A DNA stretch of 64,000 nt, taken from positions 320,001 to 384,000 of the forward strand of contig CAVRJY010000001.1 of the NCBI GenBank assembly GCA_963721805.1. Direction: 5' to 3'. Below are positions 30,737-40,111 of this stretch, piece after piece (the first letter of the stretch is position 1; the number at the start of each line of letters is the position of its first letter). Under the pieces are notes generated by a model. It was not told the DNA's origin. It was given only the letters and a program-made list of their open reading frames with translations, and ran no database searches. The translations under genes were made by a program, and so were the position numbers. The DNA comes from Nitrospirota bacterium. GTDB lineage: Bacteria > Nitrospirota > Thermodesulfovibrionia > Thermodesulfovibrionales > JdFR-86.

Positions 30737-31108
30737 GTGATGAGCAAGAAGCGGGTTCTAATAGTGGACGACAGCGCCCTGGTCGCAAAGCAGCTCGCGG
30801 CGATAGTCGAGGGCTCGGGGGATTTCGAGGTCGTAGGCCGCGCGCAAAACGGCATCGAGGGCATAAAGCAGTTCACCGCTCTGAAGCCCGACCTGGTCCT
30901 GATGGACCTCGTGATGCCGGAGATGGACGGCCTGCAGGCCATCCGCGCGATCACGTCGCTGGACAAAGAGGCGAGCATCGTCGTCATATCCTCGGCCGGG
31001 GGCGTCGGGGAGAAGGTCGTCGAGGCGCTCAGGTTCGGGGCCAAAAGCGTGATATCCAAGCCCTTTGATCCGGCCAAGGTGATCGACGTTATGAAGGGGC
31101 TCGCGTAG
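30737..31108 (+). CDS. Single-domain CheY-like response regulator
   Basis: IVDD, LMDLVMP, KPF. Confidence 0.9.
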   Translation: MMSKKRVLIVDDSALVAKQLAAIVEGSGDFEVVGRAQNGIEGIKQFTALKPDLVLMDLVMPEMDGLQAIRAITSLDKEASIVVISSAGGVGEKVVEALRFGAKSVISKPFDPAKVIDVMKGLA

Positions 31109-31144
31109 GGGGGACTAACCCGATGCGGAGGGAGAGCATATCAG

Positions 31145-31981
31145 ATGGCGGTCAAATTCTTCGGACAGTTCCTTCTTGAGCGCGGCATAATCGGCCGCGA
31201 CCAGTTGCTGGATGCGGTGTCGTACCAGGAATCCAAGAACCTCAAACTCGGCGATTACGCCGTTACCAAGGGCTACCTTTCGGCCGAGCAGCTCGTGCGC
31301 CTCAACGAGGAGCAGAAGCGCACCGACATGCGCATCGGCGAGCTCGCGGTCCTGATGGGCATGCTGAGCCGTACCCGGCTGGAGGAGCTCCTCGTGATGC
31401 AGAAAAACGACCATATAATGATCGGCGAGGCCTTTGTCCGAAAGGGCATCCTCACCGCGGACGTCATCGAGCGCGAGCTGATCGCGTTTCACGAGGACCA
31501 GAAGGCATACGCCCAGGACAAGGCCGCCGAGTCCACCGGCAACGAGGCCGTGCGCGCGGCCATTGACATGACGATAAAGATGTTCCAGCGCGTCGCGCAC
31601 ATCGAGGCCAAGGTGGGCCAGGGCGAGCCGGACGGGGTCGTCCCGGCCTCGAGCTTCTCGGCCGTCTCGATAATGTTTTCGGGCGACATCAAGGTCGAGT
31701 ATGTCCTGTGCACCACGCGCGAGCTGTCCAAGCGGATAGCGGCGGTATTCATCGGGGCGGACACCGCCACCGAGGAGGAACTCCGAGACGGCGTGCGAGA
31801 GTTCTGCAATATCGTCTGCGGCAACGTGATGGCCGTCCTCGCGCGCAAGGGCAAGGCGGTCGACATCAGCCCGCCGAAGGATCGGATTCCGGGCGAGGAT
31901 GTGTCGGAGGGGATGGCAGCGACGCGCTACTCGATCGCGACGACCATACTCGGGGAGCAAGCACTCATCATCGTTCGCTAG
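31145..31981 (+). CDS. CheX-family phosphatase with N-terminal MshEN-like repeats
   Basis: Four (L/I/F)GxxxxxxGxI/L repeats; EFCNIVCGN and DISPP CheX motifs. Confidence 0.75.
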   Translation: MAVKFFGQFLLERGIIGRDQLLDAVSYQESKNLKLGDYAVTKGYLSAEQLVRLNEEQKRTDMRIGELAVLMGMLSRTRLEELLVMQKNDHIMIGEAFVRKGILTADVIERELIAFHEDQKAYAQDKAAESTGNEAVRAAIDMTIKMFQRVAHIEAKVGQGEPDGVVPASSFSAVSIMFSGDIKVEYVLCTTRELSKRIAAVFIGADTATEEELRDGVREFCNIVCGNVMAVLARKGKAVDISPPKDRIPGEDVSEGMAATRYSIATTILGEQALIIVR

Positions 31982-31985
31982 TGTG

Positions 31986-32160
31986 AAAGCGCACCAAATC
32001 GCTTGATACGTCGTTGGGCATCAAAGACTCGCCCTCTATGTACGTCACAGTACACCATCGGGCGGTCTTCTCGCCCTGCCTAGTCTGAAGACGATTTGGG
32101 CGCGCTTTGCGGGGAGTAGAGTAGCCCCCGCGCCCCCGTGGTCAACGGCTTTGATTAGAT
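31986..32160 (+). repeat. Palindromic intergenic repeat, copy 4 (core 31986-32108)
   Basis: TIRs, GTAC-GTCACA-GTAC, GGTCAACGGC tail. Confidence 0.88.
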
Positions 32161-32225
32161 GGGCCGGGCGCGTCCGCTTGACTGTTGAATGTAGCGATGT
32201 TTATTATATCAACTCGTTTTTTCAA

Positions 32226-32301
<76 letters not shown>

Positions 32302-32314
32302 CTCTTTCTTCCCA

Positions 32315-32361
32315 GGTGACATAGTCACCCCTCCCTATTCGCAGGGCCAAGGCACTGCTCA
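32315..32361 (-). repeat. Repeat tail module, left flank of the AT-rich gene
   Basis: Hairpin GGTGACATAGTCACC plus CCTATTCGCAGGGC-N9-GCTCA. Confidence 0.7.
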
Positions 32362-32495
32362 TCAGCTTTCCAAGAGTAAGTAGGGAATGTTGCTATAGTA
32401 TATTTCCACCCGTTGTTTTTTGTTGACATCTCATCAGCGCAAATATAACCTAATAGTGGCAAGAAGATCCGTATAATGAGTCAGACCATGGGGGA

Positions 32496-33476
32496 TTGAT
32501 GAGTAAGTTCGATGAAATGCAAGCCGAATTCATGAGAATCGACTATGGAGGGATGGTCGGAAACCTTAATAAGATCAGCGATCAGATGCTTACAGTTAAA
32601 TGGTACTTCCTCGCAGCCATTGCCGCTATAGGGACAGGCTATAAGTTCTTGCTTGGTTCTAAATCATCAAATAATTGGTTGTCTATCGTTGCGATTTCCA
32701 TCGTCGGCAATATTGTGCTTTGGCTTATCGGCGAATACGTCATATCGCATGGATTTCTTTTTAGATATATACAGACAAGAATGGCAAAAATTGAAAAAAA
32801 TATGTATGGAGTACAGAATTGGTTCGATACGGCCCCTTTGATACGGTTGGCTCATGACCCAACAGATAAGAAAAAATTCATATCAGATGACAATAAGGCC
32901 TCACTTGAAATTGATTGTTATATGCCTGATCAATTCAACCCGACATATTGGACCGCAATCTTTATGATTCTGATAAACACCGGATTAGGCATTGCTAAGA
33001 TTTGTTAGTTAGGCAACTTTGCAGATGACAAAAAGCGCTTCTTGTGCAGTCTGTTAGCGTTAAGCGGACTCTTTTTGCTGTTTAAATTGTGGTCATATAA
33101 TCTGCATAAATTTAGAGAACTGTTTAGGGGACGCTTGGATTTTGAAATTTTGGATGATGGGACTAAAGAAAACTTTTTTTCAAAACCTGAGACATTAAAC
33201 TCCTATGGAATAATAATAACCTTGGCTATTTCGCTTTCAATTTGGCCGACGTATATAGGCAACGATTCAAGCGTTTGGGATACATTGTTTATTGGATCTC
33301 TAGCAGTTTCAGGCTGGTTTTTCCTTCCTTTGTTATTCTGGCTGGCAGCTTTTGTTTGGAAGCATGTTTTATTGAAAAACATGGAACCCAAGATCGCCCG
33401 CCAAGAGAATGGGCGCTATTATGCAAAAAGTAGTTGGTTTTATAGGGAGCTTTACGTGATGTATTTAATGGCCTGA
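32496..33476 (+). pseudogene. AT-rich multi-TM membrane protein with one in-frame TAG (33006-33008)
   Basis: ORFs 32496-33008 and 33042-33476 are in the same frame, with open sequence between (LGNFADDKKRFL); strongly AT-rich relative to the flanks. Confidence 0.65.
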
Positions 33477-33541
33477 ATAATTTAAAAACAATCTGCCCAA
33501 CGCAGGGATATAGGGACTATGCCCGTTTCCCATCCCGGCAG

Positions 33542-33590
33542 TGAGCGGGGCGTCAGCCCTGCGAATAGGAAAGGGGGCCAGTCGGCCCCC
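33542..33590 (+). repeat. Repeat tail module, right flank (inverted relative to 32315-32361)
   Basis: TGAGC-N9-GCCCTGCGAATAGG plus hairpin GGGGCCAGTCGGCCCC. Confidence 0.72.
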
Positions 33591-34021
33591 TATGCGAAGT
33601 CTAGGTGGAGTTCCCGGTCGAAGACCTTTGCGAGGCGTTCGAGGGTCTTTAGCGTGGGGTTGCCCTTGCCCGGCCTTTCAAGCCGCTGGTACGACTGGTA
33701 CGAAATCCCGAGCACCTTCGCAACGTCGCTCTGGGTGAGTTTTCGCGCCTCCCGCATCTTGCGCAGGTATATCGGCACCGCTACTTCGGCCTCGGGCTCG
33801 ACCATGTGGATGTCCCTGCCCTTTTGGTGCGAGGGCTCTGGTATCCTGACGTTACGCTCGAATACCGAGGCTAGGTATCCGGTCAGGGCCTCCCGCGCGT
33901 TAAGCAGGGCCTCATCCAGCGTGTGTCCCTCGGTCAGGCATCCCGGAAGATCGGGAAACTCGACGAGATAGGACTTGTCAGCCGCGATGTATTTAATCCT
34001 TGCCGGATAACTTACGTTCAT
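33590..34021 (-). CDS. hicB: HicB antitoxin with C-terminal HTH
   Basis: VEFPDLPGCLTEGHTLDEALLNAREAL plus XRE HTH. Confidence 0.9.
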   Translation of the reverse strand: MNVSYPARIKYIAADKSYLVEFPDLPGCLTEGHTLDEALLNAREALTGYLASVFERNVRIPEPSHQKGRDIHMVEPEAEVAVPIYLRKMREARKLTQSDVAKVLGISYQSYQRLERPGKGNPTLKTLERLAKVFDRELHLDFA

Positions 34022-34197
34022 TTCAGACCTCCCTGCTTCATCAAGGCATTAAGCAATCCCTTGCCCAGATCACTGCTGCCATGCACGGGGACGGATAGCG
34101 TCCTCTCGCCCTTCACCATGATATGGTGGCTTCCCTCGATCCTGTCCAGCCGCCAGCCCTGCTCGATCAAGAGCTTTATCAACTGCTTGCCTGACAT
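34018..34197 (-). CDS. hicA: HicA toxin (59 aa, absent from the ORF track)
   Basis: MSGKQLIKLLIEQGWRLDRIEGSHHIMVKGERTLSVPVHGSSDLGKGLLNALMKQGGLK; ATGA overlap with hicB. Confidence 0.9.
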   Translation of the reverse strand: MSGKQLIKLLIEQGWRLDRIEGSHHIMVKGERTLSVPVHGSSDLGKGLLNALMKQGGLK

Positions 34198-34306
34198 CTC
34201 ACATTATACAACATATATCCTGTATGGGCAAGCACGTATTAATCCCGGTTAATCGAAGTTGAAGCGCCCGTGGCCCCCGATTATAGCATTCGTGCTATAA
34301 TCCATC

Positions 34307-34660
34307 ATGGCTTGGGAAATAGAATACTATGCCACGGAGAACGGCAAGTGCCCTATCAAGGACTTCTTGGATTCCCTTTCCCCTGAGAGCAAGGCAAAGT
34401 ACATCTTCATCGCTGATTTGCTGGAGGAGTACGGCATCCTTGTTAAAGAGCCATACGTCAAGCCGATTACAGGCAAGAAGAAGCTGTTTGAGATACGGAT
34501 AAAGGACAAGGCTAATATCCACAGGGTCCTCTATTTCGTCTTCACGGGCAAGAGGCTTGTCCTGTTGCATGGGTTCACGAAGAAGACACAGAAGACTCCT
34601 CAAGCCGAACTGGATATAGCCCAGATGCGGATGCATGATTACCTAAGGAGGCGGACATGA
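34307..34660 (+). CDS. RelE/ParE (Gp49/HigB-like) toxin
   Basis: NGKCPIKDFLDSL, LFEIRIK, RVLYF, LLHGFTKKTQKTP. Confidence 0.9.
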   Translation: MAWEIEYYATENGKCPIKDFLDSLSPESKAKYIFIADLLEEYGILVKEPYVKPITGKKKLFEIRIKDKANIHRVLYFVFTGKRLVLLHGFTKKTQKTPQAELDIAQMRMHDYLRRRT

Positions 34661-34953
34661 ACTACAAGAGCCATAGAAAAGAGCTTCTGAAGGATAAGGC
34701 GGTCAAGGCGGAGTTCGACAGGCTCCGGCCTGAGTACGAGCTTGCCAAGAGCCTGCTAGAGCAGCGCATGAAACTGAAGATGACACAGGCTGAGGTTGCA
34801 CAGAAGGCAGGGATGCCCCAGTCCACCATCGCCCGCATCGAGGGGCTGACTCACGGGGTCCCGAAGATTTCTACCCTGATAAGAATAGCCGATGCCCTGG
34901 ACGCCAAGCTTGTGGTGCGCCTCGAATCTGTAAGGAAGGTTAAACACGCATAG
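34657..34953 (+). CDS. HigA-like HTH antitoxin
   Basis: MTQAEVAQKAGMPQSTIARIE; ATGA overlap with the toxin. Confidence 0.88.
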   Translation: MNYKSHRKELLKDKAVKAEFDRLRPEYELAKSLLEQRMKLKMTQAEVAQKAGMPQSTIARIEGLTHGVPKISTLIRIADALDAKLVVRLESVRKVKHA

Positions 34954-35320
34954 AAAATGGCCCCCATTAACCAGAGTTAGTCGTAAGTTAGTAGAAAACG
35001 CACGAGCCTGAATTTTTCCTATGAACTACGGTTTATATATGAACCAAAGTTTGGTGTTCTTTGGTGTATAGTGGTGCGATGAGTAAGATAGGATCATATC
35101 TGATGGGCGGGGAGAGGGCGGCGGGATGCCGCGCCGCTTGTTCGGATAATGGGCCCAAAAACGCGTTATTTATCCGAACATCCGAACAAGGCAGCGCTGA
35201 TAAAATGAATAAATACGCAATGTTACGCCCAGTATTGTCCCAAACATCCGAACGGAACCGGCAAAAACGCGCGCGCACGCGCGCGGAATGCGTAACTATA
35301 CCTAAGCGCGGACATCAGAA

Positions 35321-35501
35321 CATGCTTTTGACCTTGGGGGGTCTGGGGGGATCCGACGTTGGCCTCCCCACCCCCGGGAGCGCGAAAAATCGTCTTCAGA
35401 CTAGGAAGCATTTGAAAATAGCCCGCAAGTGTACTGAGACGTACTCTGGAGGGTTATTTTCAAATGGTGACGACGTATCAAGCGATTTGGCGCGCTTTCA
35501 A
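35321..35501 (-). repeat. Palindromic intergenic repeat, copy 5 (core 35377-35498)
   Basis: GTAC-TGAGAC-GTAC; inner stem replaced by CATTTGAAAATAGCCC/GGGTTATTTTCAAATG. Confidence 0.85.
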
Positions 35502-35621
35502 AGGCGGTTCCCCTTGAAATGGGAGGCTGTACTTGTGCTATAAATTTAGCTCTTTGCCGCTAGTCCCCTCGGGGCGGCGGCTTCCCGGTCTTTTGGGCTG
35601 GGAATCCACAAGGAGGTGTAA

Positions 35622-36068
35622 GTGAATATTTACGAGAACGTAGTTATCTTCAATGTCAGCCTCTCCGAAGAGGCCCTGGCAGCCGCGATCCAGAAGGTCC
35701 GCGACCAGCTCACCGCAGCCGGCGCCGAGATCCTCAAGGTCGACGACTGGGGCCGCCGCAAGCTCGCCTATGAGATCAACAAGAACTCCCACGGCCACTA
35801 TGTGCTCTTCACTTTCAGGGGACCCTCGACCGCATCGACCGCTATCGAGTCGTTCTACCGCGTGTTCGAGTCCGTGGTCAAGCAGATGATCGTGAAGCTC
35901 GAGAAGAAGCAGGCCGAGCACGTCCTGAACTCGATCAAGACAGCGGCGGCAGCGGCAGCAGCCGCGGCAGCGGCGCCCGCACCGGCCCCTGTAGCAGAGG
36001 CAGTGGCGGCACCTGCAGAGTCGGCCCCGGCAGGAGAGGGCCAGTCGGCCCCTGAGGCGACTGTTTAG
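35622..36068 (+). CDS. rpsF: 30S ribosomal protein S6 (Ala/Pro-rich tail)
   Basis: [17 protein letters not shown]; followed by ssb and rpsR. Confidence 0.95.
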   Translation: MNIYENVVIFNVSLSEEALAAAIQKVRDQLTAAGAEILKVDDWGRRKLAYEINKNSHGHYVLFTFRGPSTASTAIESFYRVFESVVKQMIVKLEKKQAEHVLNSIKTAAAAAAAAAAAPAPAPVAEAVAAPAESAPAGEGQSAPEATV

Positions 36069-36069
36069 C

Positions 36070-36470
36070 GTGTACAACAAGATCATCCTGATAGGCAACC
36101 TCACGAAGGACCCGGAGCTGCGCTACACGCCGCAGGGCACCGCGGTGGCCTCCTTCACCCTCGCGGTCAACTCGCGCATCAAGTCCAAGGACGAATCCAG
36201 GGAGGAAGTCGCTCTTCATGGACGTCGTCGTATGGGGCAAGCAGGGCGAGGTCGTGAGCCAGTACCTCTCGAAGGGCCGGCAAGCCCTGGTCGAAGGCCG
36301 CCTGCGCGAGCGCAAGTGGGAAGGCCAGGACGGCCAGCAGAAGAGGCGTATGGAGGTCGTTGCCGACTCGGTGAGGTTCCTTGGCAAGAGAGGACGACAG
36401 CAGCCGCGGCGCGGGCTCGGAGCAGTCAGCCCCGCCCCCGGACGAAATAACCGATATCGAACCGTTTTAA
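36070..36470 (+). CDS. ssb: Single-stranded DNA-binding protein; frameshifts near 36210 and 36392
   Basis: [19 protein letters not shown] / [13 protein letters not shown] / third frame ends DEITDIEPF*. Confidence 0.9.
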
Positions 36471-36487
36471 TATAACAAGGAGAAGTC

Positions 36488-36715
36488 ATGCAACCAAGGC
36501 GTTTTCAGAGAAGGAAAAAGTTCTGCAGGTTCTGCGCGGAGAAGATCCCGTTTATCGACTATAAGGACATGAAGACCCTGCGCGCCCATATCACCGAGCG
36601 CGGCAAGATCCTGCCCCGCAGGATGACCGGCGCGTGCGCCTGCCACCAGCGCGAGGTCCAGACCGCGGTCAAGCGCGCGCGCAACATCGCGCTCATCTCG
36701 TTCATCGAGAAATAG
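36488..36715 (+). CDS. rpsR: 30S ribosomal protein S18 (Zn-binding type)
   Basis: KFCRFC, IDYKD, GKILPRR, CACHQR. Confidence 0.97.
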   Translation: MQPRRFQRRKKFCRFCAEKIPFIDYKDMKTLRAHITERGKILPRRMTGACACHQREVQTAVKRARNIALISFIEK

Positions 36716-36719
36716 GGGA

Positions 36720-37001
36720 ATGCGCATCCCGAAGGAATGGATAGCGCCGATGGCCAGGCGCATAGTCGACACGCTTGTCAAAGAGAAGCTCATCACCGAG
36801 GACATGAAGCCCGACGTGGTCCTGAAGGCGATCGAGGAGCTCATCTACACCGAGCTCTCGGCCGAGGACAGGCTCAACGAGGAGGTCCGGCAGATGCTCC
36901 TGAAGTTCGACTTCGACATCAACCGCGGGAGGCTCGACTACCGCAAGCTGTTCGACCTGACGAAGCAGAAACTCGTTAAAGAGAGGAACCTGGTCATATA
37001 G
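36720..37001 (+). CDS. DUF507 family protein
   Basis: EDRLNEEVRQML...YRKLF..KQKLVKER. Confidence 0.75.
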   Translation: MRIPKEWIAPMARRIVDTLVKEKLITEDMKPDVVLKAIEELIYTELSAEDRLNEEVRQMLLKFDFDINRGRLDYRKLFDLTKQKLVKERNLVI

Positions 37002-37003
37002 CT

Positions 37004-37288
37004 ATGGCGACACTCTCTGACGAAAAGATCACGCACATGACGCACGTGATCCTGAAGGCCCTCCTCGACCGCGACCTCTTCGACATCACCGAGGAGGAGG
37101 GCGTAGTCAGGAAGGCCATGAAGAAGGCCATACAGGAGCAGCTCCGCATAGGCGGCGATATCGACGCCGCGGCGCGCAAGAAGATCGAGTCGCTTAGCAA
37201 GCACGTCCCGGAGGGCAGCCCGGAGTGGGAGATCCTCTATTCGAAATACACCAGGGAAGAAGAGAACAAGCGCGGCATGGGGGCATAG
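37004..37288 (+). CDS. DUF507 family protein
   Basis: LSDEKITH..., EGSPEWEILY. Confidence 0.75.
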   Translation: MATLSDEKITHMTHVILKALLDRDLFDITEEEGVVRKAMKKAIQEQLRIGGDIDAAARKKIESLSKHVPEGSPEWEILYSKYTREEENKRGMGA

Positions 37289-37299
37289 GGGTCGACTGA

Positions 37300-37539
37300 C
37301 CCCTCTTCTATTCGCGCTGCCAGTGCAGCACTCACACGAAACTCAAAGGGGCTCTTCGGAGCCCCTTATTAATTAATGCCGTCGACCGCTCGCACGGTTA
37401 GGCATGGGATACATTAAAGCGCGATAAAGCGCGTCAGACTAGGAAGGGCGAGAAGACCGCCCGACGGTGTACTGAGACGTACTCCGAGGGCGCGTCTTTG
37501 AAGGCCTGACAACGTATCACGCGTATTTAGCGCGCTTAA
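37300..37539 (-). repeat. Palindromic intergenic repeat, copy 6 (core 37416-37538)
   Basis: AAAGCGCG...CGCGCTTA, GTAC-TGAGAC-GTAC, CTATTCGC tail. Confidence 0.85.
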
Positions 37540-37541
37540 GA

Positions 37542-38267
37542 CTAGGCCCACTTGTGGTTGAACTGGATCAGCACCCCGCCGTCGGAGAGGACCTTATACG
37601 GAAGCCCCTGTTCGCGGAGCTTGTCCACGTCGAGGTCCCTAAGCAGCCGCCGGCCGACCAGGACATAGTCGTTGCCGTCCGGGAGTTCGTGGCGACTGAG
37701 CTTCTCGTACGAGCGGTCTATCGAGATGTGCAGCTCGCTGTTCAGCACGCCGAAGACCGGCTGGCTGGAGTCGTAGACCGACTCGATCACCCTAAGCAGG
37801 AGCGTCATGTTGCGGACGTGGATCGCATGCGGCCCGGCGCCGGAGAGCAGGTAGTCCTCCCAGAGCGAGATCGTGGCCTGGGTGCGGCCCGTCTCCTGGG
37901 TATAGACGAAGCTGATCCCGATGTCCATAGCCCCGGTCCTGGACTCGGCCTCCTCTGCCACGACGTCCTCGAGGTCGTTTTCGTCGAGCTCGAAGTCGTG
38001 CTCGAACGTTATGCGGCCCCAGGCCGGGAAGGGTATGCGGGTGGCGCCGCGGGCGAGCATGTTTTCGATGTACGCCCCGGCGAGGTCGACGAACCCGGCG
38101 AGGTTCGACTCTCCGGAGAACGAATGGTGGGTCTTGCTCTCGGGGCTCTCCTGGAGCGTGGCGCGCTTGAAGCGGCTGCCGGAGGCGGTCATCCCCTCGA
38201 TGACGCCCCTGACGGCCGGGCCGAAGCCGCCTTCAAAGTACATGTCAGCGTAATAGAACGAAGGCAT
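37542..38267 (-). CDS. Hypothetical protein
   Basis: 241-aa ORF with host-like codon usage; no family recognised. Confidence 0.65.
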   Translation of the reverse strand: MPSFYYADMYFEGGFGPAVRGVIEGMTASGSRFKRATLQESPESKTHHSFSGESNLAGFVDLAGAYIENMLARGATRIPFPAWGRITFEHDFELDENDLEDVVAEEAESRTGAMDIGISFVYTQETGRTQATISLWEDYLLSGAGPHAIHVRNMTLLLRVIESVYDSSQPVFGVLNSELHISIDRSYEKLSRHELPDGNDYVLVGRRLLRDLDVDKLREQGLPYKVLSDGGVLIQFNHKWA

Positions 38268-38405
38268 AGCGCGCGTCCCGCCTCTCTGTGTATTGCCGGC
38301 CTGCTGGCTCGTATTATATCACGCTCGCGGGGCGCGCGCGTTGATTTTTAGCCCCTGAAATGGTATATTAAATTCGTACATAGACCGGGCCGCAAATTTT
38401 AAATT

Positions 38406-38428
38406 AAGAGTGGGACGCCCCACTCTTT
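38406..38428 (+). promoter_or_regulatory. rimP leader hairpin
   Basis: AAGAGTGGG-ACGC-CCCACTCTTT directly upstream of rimP. Confidence 0.6.
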
Positions 38429-38441
38429 GTGTTTTATGGGC

Positions 38442-38897
38442 ATGATGGAAGAAAAGATTGTCGCTCTGGCGAAGGATGCCGCATCGGGGCTGGGCCTTGA
38501 ACTCGACGAGATCGAACTCATCGGCCAGGGCCGCCACAAGAAGCTGCGGGTCGTGATCGACCGGCCCGGCGGCACGGTGACGCTCGGCGACTGCGAGGCC
38601 ATGAGCAACGACCTCAGCGCGGCGCTCGACGTGGAGGACCCGATTAAGGGCACATACGCCTTGGAGGTCTCATCTCCGGGGCTCGACCGGCCGCTTAAGC
38701 GGATCGAGACTTACAAAAAGAGCGTGGGCAAGCTCGCGCGTCTGGTGATGAAGGGTACCGCCCCGGTCAAGGGGGGCGTGCTGGTCGGCAGGATCGCGGC
38801 CGTCGAGGGCGAGAAGATAACGCTCTACACGGCCGAGGGCTCTGTAACCGTTGAATTTGGGGACATCTCCAAGGCAAGGCTCGAGGTGGAGATATGA
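38442..38897 (+). CDS. rimP: Ribosome maturation factor RimP
   Basis: LRVVID, DCE, YALEVSSPGLDRPL. Confidence 0.95.
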   Translation: MMEEKIVALAKDAASGLGLELDEIELIGQGRHKKLRVVIDRPGGTVTLGDCEAMSNDLSAALDVEDPIKGTYALEVSSPGLDRPLKRIETYKKSVGKLARLVMKGTAPVKGGVLVGRIAAVEGEKITLYTAEGSVTVEFGDISKARLEVEI

Positions 38898-40111
38898 TGG
38901 CGAAAGAGATTTTTTATGTCATAGATCAGCTAAGCAGGGAAAAGGGCATATCCCGCGAGGTCCTCATCGAGGCCATCGAGGGCGCGCTCGTCACGGCCGT
39001 GCGCAAGAAGTACGGCGGCCGCGAAAACGTCTTCCTCAAGATCGAGCCCTCGGGCCAGATTCGCCTGTTCGAGACGAGGCTCGTAATCGAGACCGACCCG
39101 CTGAACCCCGAGCTCGAGATATCGCTCGTCGAGGCCCGCAAGATAAAGCCCGACGCAACGGTCGGCGACGAGATCAGCTTTAACCTCGAGTTCACGGACT
39201 TCGGCCGCATCGCCGCGCAGACGACCAAACAGGTCATATTCCAGCGCGTGCGCGAGGCCGAGCGCGGCGTCATATTCAACGAGTTCAAGGACAAGATCGG
39301 GCAGGTCGTCAGCGGCTCGGTCATGCGCAAGGAGAAGGGCTTCTACTACGTCAACGTCGGCAAGACCGACGCTATGCTCCCGATCAAGGAGACCCTCCCG
39401 GGCGAGAACCTCAAGCGCGGCGACCATATCCGCGCCTATATCACGAGCATCAAGGACTCGGCGAAGGGGCCGCTTATAATGCTCTCGCGCACGGATTCGA
39501 ACTTCATCACCGCGCTCTTCAAGATGGAAGTCCCCGAGATCAACGACGGCCTCGTGATCATCAAGAGCATCGTCCGCGAGCCCGGGGAACGCACGAAGAT
39601 CGCGGTATACTCGACCAACAACTCGGTCGACCCCGTCGGGGCCTGCGTCGGGATGAAGGGCACGCGAGTGCAGAGCATCGTCCGCGAGCTCCGCGGCGAG
39701 CGCATAGACATCATCCCCTGGACGGACGACCTGCGCATGCTCATAGCCCGCGCCCTGAGCCCGGCCACTATCGAGCGCGTCGGCATCGTCGAGGAGGACA
39801 AGACCGCGATGGTCGTCGTCAGCGACCAGATGCTCTCGATAGCCATAGGCAAGAAGGGCCAGAACGTCCGCCTCGCGATGAAGCTCACCGGATGGGACAT
39901 CGACATCCTCAGCGAGACGGAATACTCCAAGATGAAGACCGACGAGGCCGAGCCCGGCGCGGCGGCCGCGAAGGCCGAGGCGGATGACGACGAGGCTATC
40001 GCCGAGGAGGATGCCGCCGAGGAGCGTGCTGCCGAGGAGTCCGCGGTAGCCTCCGAAGATGAGCCCGCCTCAGAAGAAGCATCGGCGCCCGACGATGCAG
40101 CCGCCGAATGA
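38894..40111 (+). CDS. nusA: Transcription factor NusA
   Basis: FGRIAAQT, REPGERTKIAV, AIGKKGQNVRLA. Confidence 0.97.
   Translation: MMAKEIFYVIDQLSREKGISREVLIEAIEGALVTAVRKKYGGRENVFLKIEPSGQIRLFETRLVIETDPLNPELEISLVEARKIKPDATVGDEISFNLEFTDFGRIAAQTTKQVIFQRVREAERGVIFNEFKDKIGQVVSGSVMRKEKGFYYVNVGKTDAMLPIKETLPGENLKRGDHIRAYITSIKDSAKGPLIMLSRTDSNFITALFKMEVPEINDGLVIIKSIVREPGERTKIAVYSTNNSVDPVGACVGMKGTRVQSIVRELRGERIDIIPWTDDLRMLIARALSPATIERVGIVEEDKTAMVVVSDQMLSIAIGKKGQNVRLAMKLTGWDIDILSETEYSKMKTDEAEPGAAAAKAEADDDEAIAEEDAAEERAAEESAVASEDEPASEEASAPDDAAAE

Noticed and set aside
33006..33008. Host pyrrolysine or amber recoding
   Set aside because: TAG is used as a normal stop by many core genes here (metY, rpsF, rpsR, secE, nusG); no pyl genes are seen
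35061..35543. 160-aa ORF upstream of rpsF
   Set aside because: It overlaps repeat copy 5 and the rpsF promoter region, has atypical composition and shows no recognisable motif
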